Notes under the pieces: model-generated | What the model saw: only the letters and a program-made list of their open reading frames with translations | Told to the model about the DNA's origin: nothing | Database searches by the model: none | NCBI RefSeq assembly: GCF_963921235.1 | Contig: NC_086108.1 | Coordinates: 29,328,001-29,392,000 of the forward strand | Direction: 5' to 3' | Length of the DNA stretch: 64,000 nt | DNA from: Mobula hypostoma | Taxonomy: Eukaryota | In this document: piece after piece, positions 63,023 to 64,000 of the stretch | Layout of the letters: each line of letters starts with the position of its first letter | Position numbering within the stretch: the first letter of the stretch is position 1 | Translations under genes and position numbers: made by a program

Positions 63023-64000
63023 GCACCTCTTCCTACAGATACTGCTTGGCCTGCTGCGTCCACCAGCAACTTTGATATGCAAACTATGCCAGGTGGAAAT
63101 AAGTCCAGGACCAGCCTATTGGCTCAGGGTGTCTGACCCTCCACGGGAGAAGCTGCAAAGTTCGATGGCCACAGGCAAGGACAACCTCCCATGACGCCCA
63201 GTGTTGTATCTCAGTGGAATATGGCCAGAGTCCAACAGCAAAAAGTTCAATATCCAGTCTAGAAACACATTCCTCGATCGTAATATGACCAGGATTGCAC
63301 CATCCGTTGTTAACCAGAACACCAAGTCCCCAACTCCTTTACGCTTACCGCTCTCAGTGCACTTCCGGTCAGCCCGAACGGACTGGAAGGCCTCCATGGA
63401 AAAGTTTTGGTCGGGTATGTCCTCGTGCAGCCCCGTCTCAGTAAAACACATAACACTCTACTCCCGAAATGTTCTCTGACTCCTGGCTAGGGCCGTCAAC
63501 TCGTCCATTTTATTACCCACCAAACTCCTCTTCTCCCTAAGTTTCTGTTGTCTCGACCTGGTCCTCTTTCCTCAGCTCTGTGATCCCCCTCTGAATCCTC
63601 TGTGTGTTTTCCTCCAGATTTCAGCAGGAATGTCCGCCACTCTGTTCGCTAAACTGGCCGGCATAAGCGCAATCAACTGGATCCTGGAATAAACAATGCA
63701 ACCATACTGCTGCCCCGCTAATGAAACATGTCCAAATGTAACTATTTCCAGCGCTAAAAACCCAAATCAAACTCTCTCCACCAGCATGTTAGAGAGGGTG
63801 CAGCTTTAACGTGTTACCATGAAAAGAAAATACAACAAATAACGTAAGTTAAAAAAGTAAGAAGACTAGTCGGAACGGCTGTAACAGGCTGCATGCACGT
63901 CTGGTGCATGCGCACTATTTTGGTAAATTCAGTTTCTCTATTAATCCAGCCAGTTCCATCCAACTCTACTAAATATTTCATGTTCAGAATCTAGAATAAT

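Larger units (their letters stand above)
59460..63074. mobile_element. Penelope-like element, head-to-head inverted structure, single insertion
   Basis: Left arm 59460-60975 (minus) is the reverse complement of about 61611-63074 plus about 45 bp of extra terminus; TSD atatgcaaactat at 59447-59459 and 63075-63087. Confidence 0.93.
59330..63915 (-). mobile_element. Internally deleted Rex1/Babar LINE (about 1 kb net) hosting the PLE insertion
   Basis: APE start MCFTETGLHEDIPD...VRADR..ESGKRKG joined to a C-terminal-like RYNTGRHGRLSLPVAIELC; 3' UTR resumes left of the PLE and ends in (TCTA)n at about 59330. Confidence 0.72.

Overview
Eukaryotic, repeat-dominated vertebrate DNA. The repeat content (CR1 LINEs with ACATAGAA-type tails, V-domain SINEs, Rex1/Babar LINEs, abundant Penelope-derived inverted repeats) suggests a cartilaginous fish, probably a ray; this is inference. 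The only host coding sequence I can support is the last coding exon of TSEN15 (minus strand, 43062-43245). Its upstream exons were not found, so 43.2-64 kb is probably TSEN15 intron and 1-41 kb probably downstream or intergenic. The rest is nested transposon debris: CR1, Rex1/Babar, RTE, Gypsy, BEL/Pao, hAT, Tigger, Tc1/hAT MITEs and SINEs. Highlights: (1) minimal hammerhead-ribozyme motifs at Penelope-like element (PLE) ends, four with an intact core, two of them in the TSEN15 sense orientation; (2) a 3.6-kb head-to-head inverted PLE insertion bounded by one 13-bp TSD; (3) a TIR/TSD-bounded hAT element with a Tigger/CENP-B DNA-binding domain joined in frame to a KIAA1586-like hAT core; (4) an RTE integrant with twin-priming geometry; (5) an 83-bp minisatellite open in all three plus frames. 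Family calls come from recognising motifs by eye, not from database searches, and boundaries of old TE fragments are approximate.
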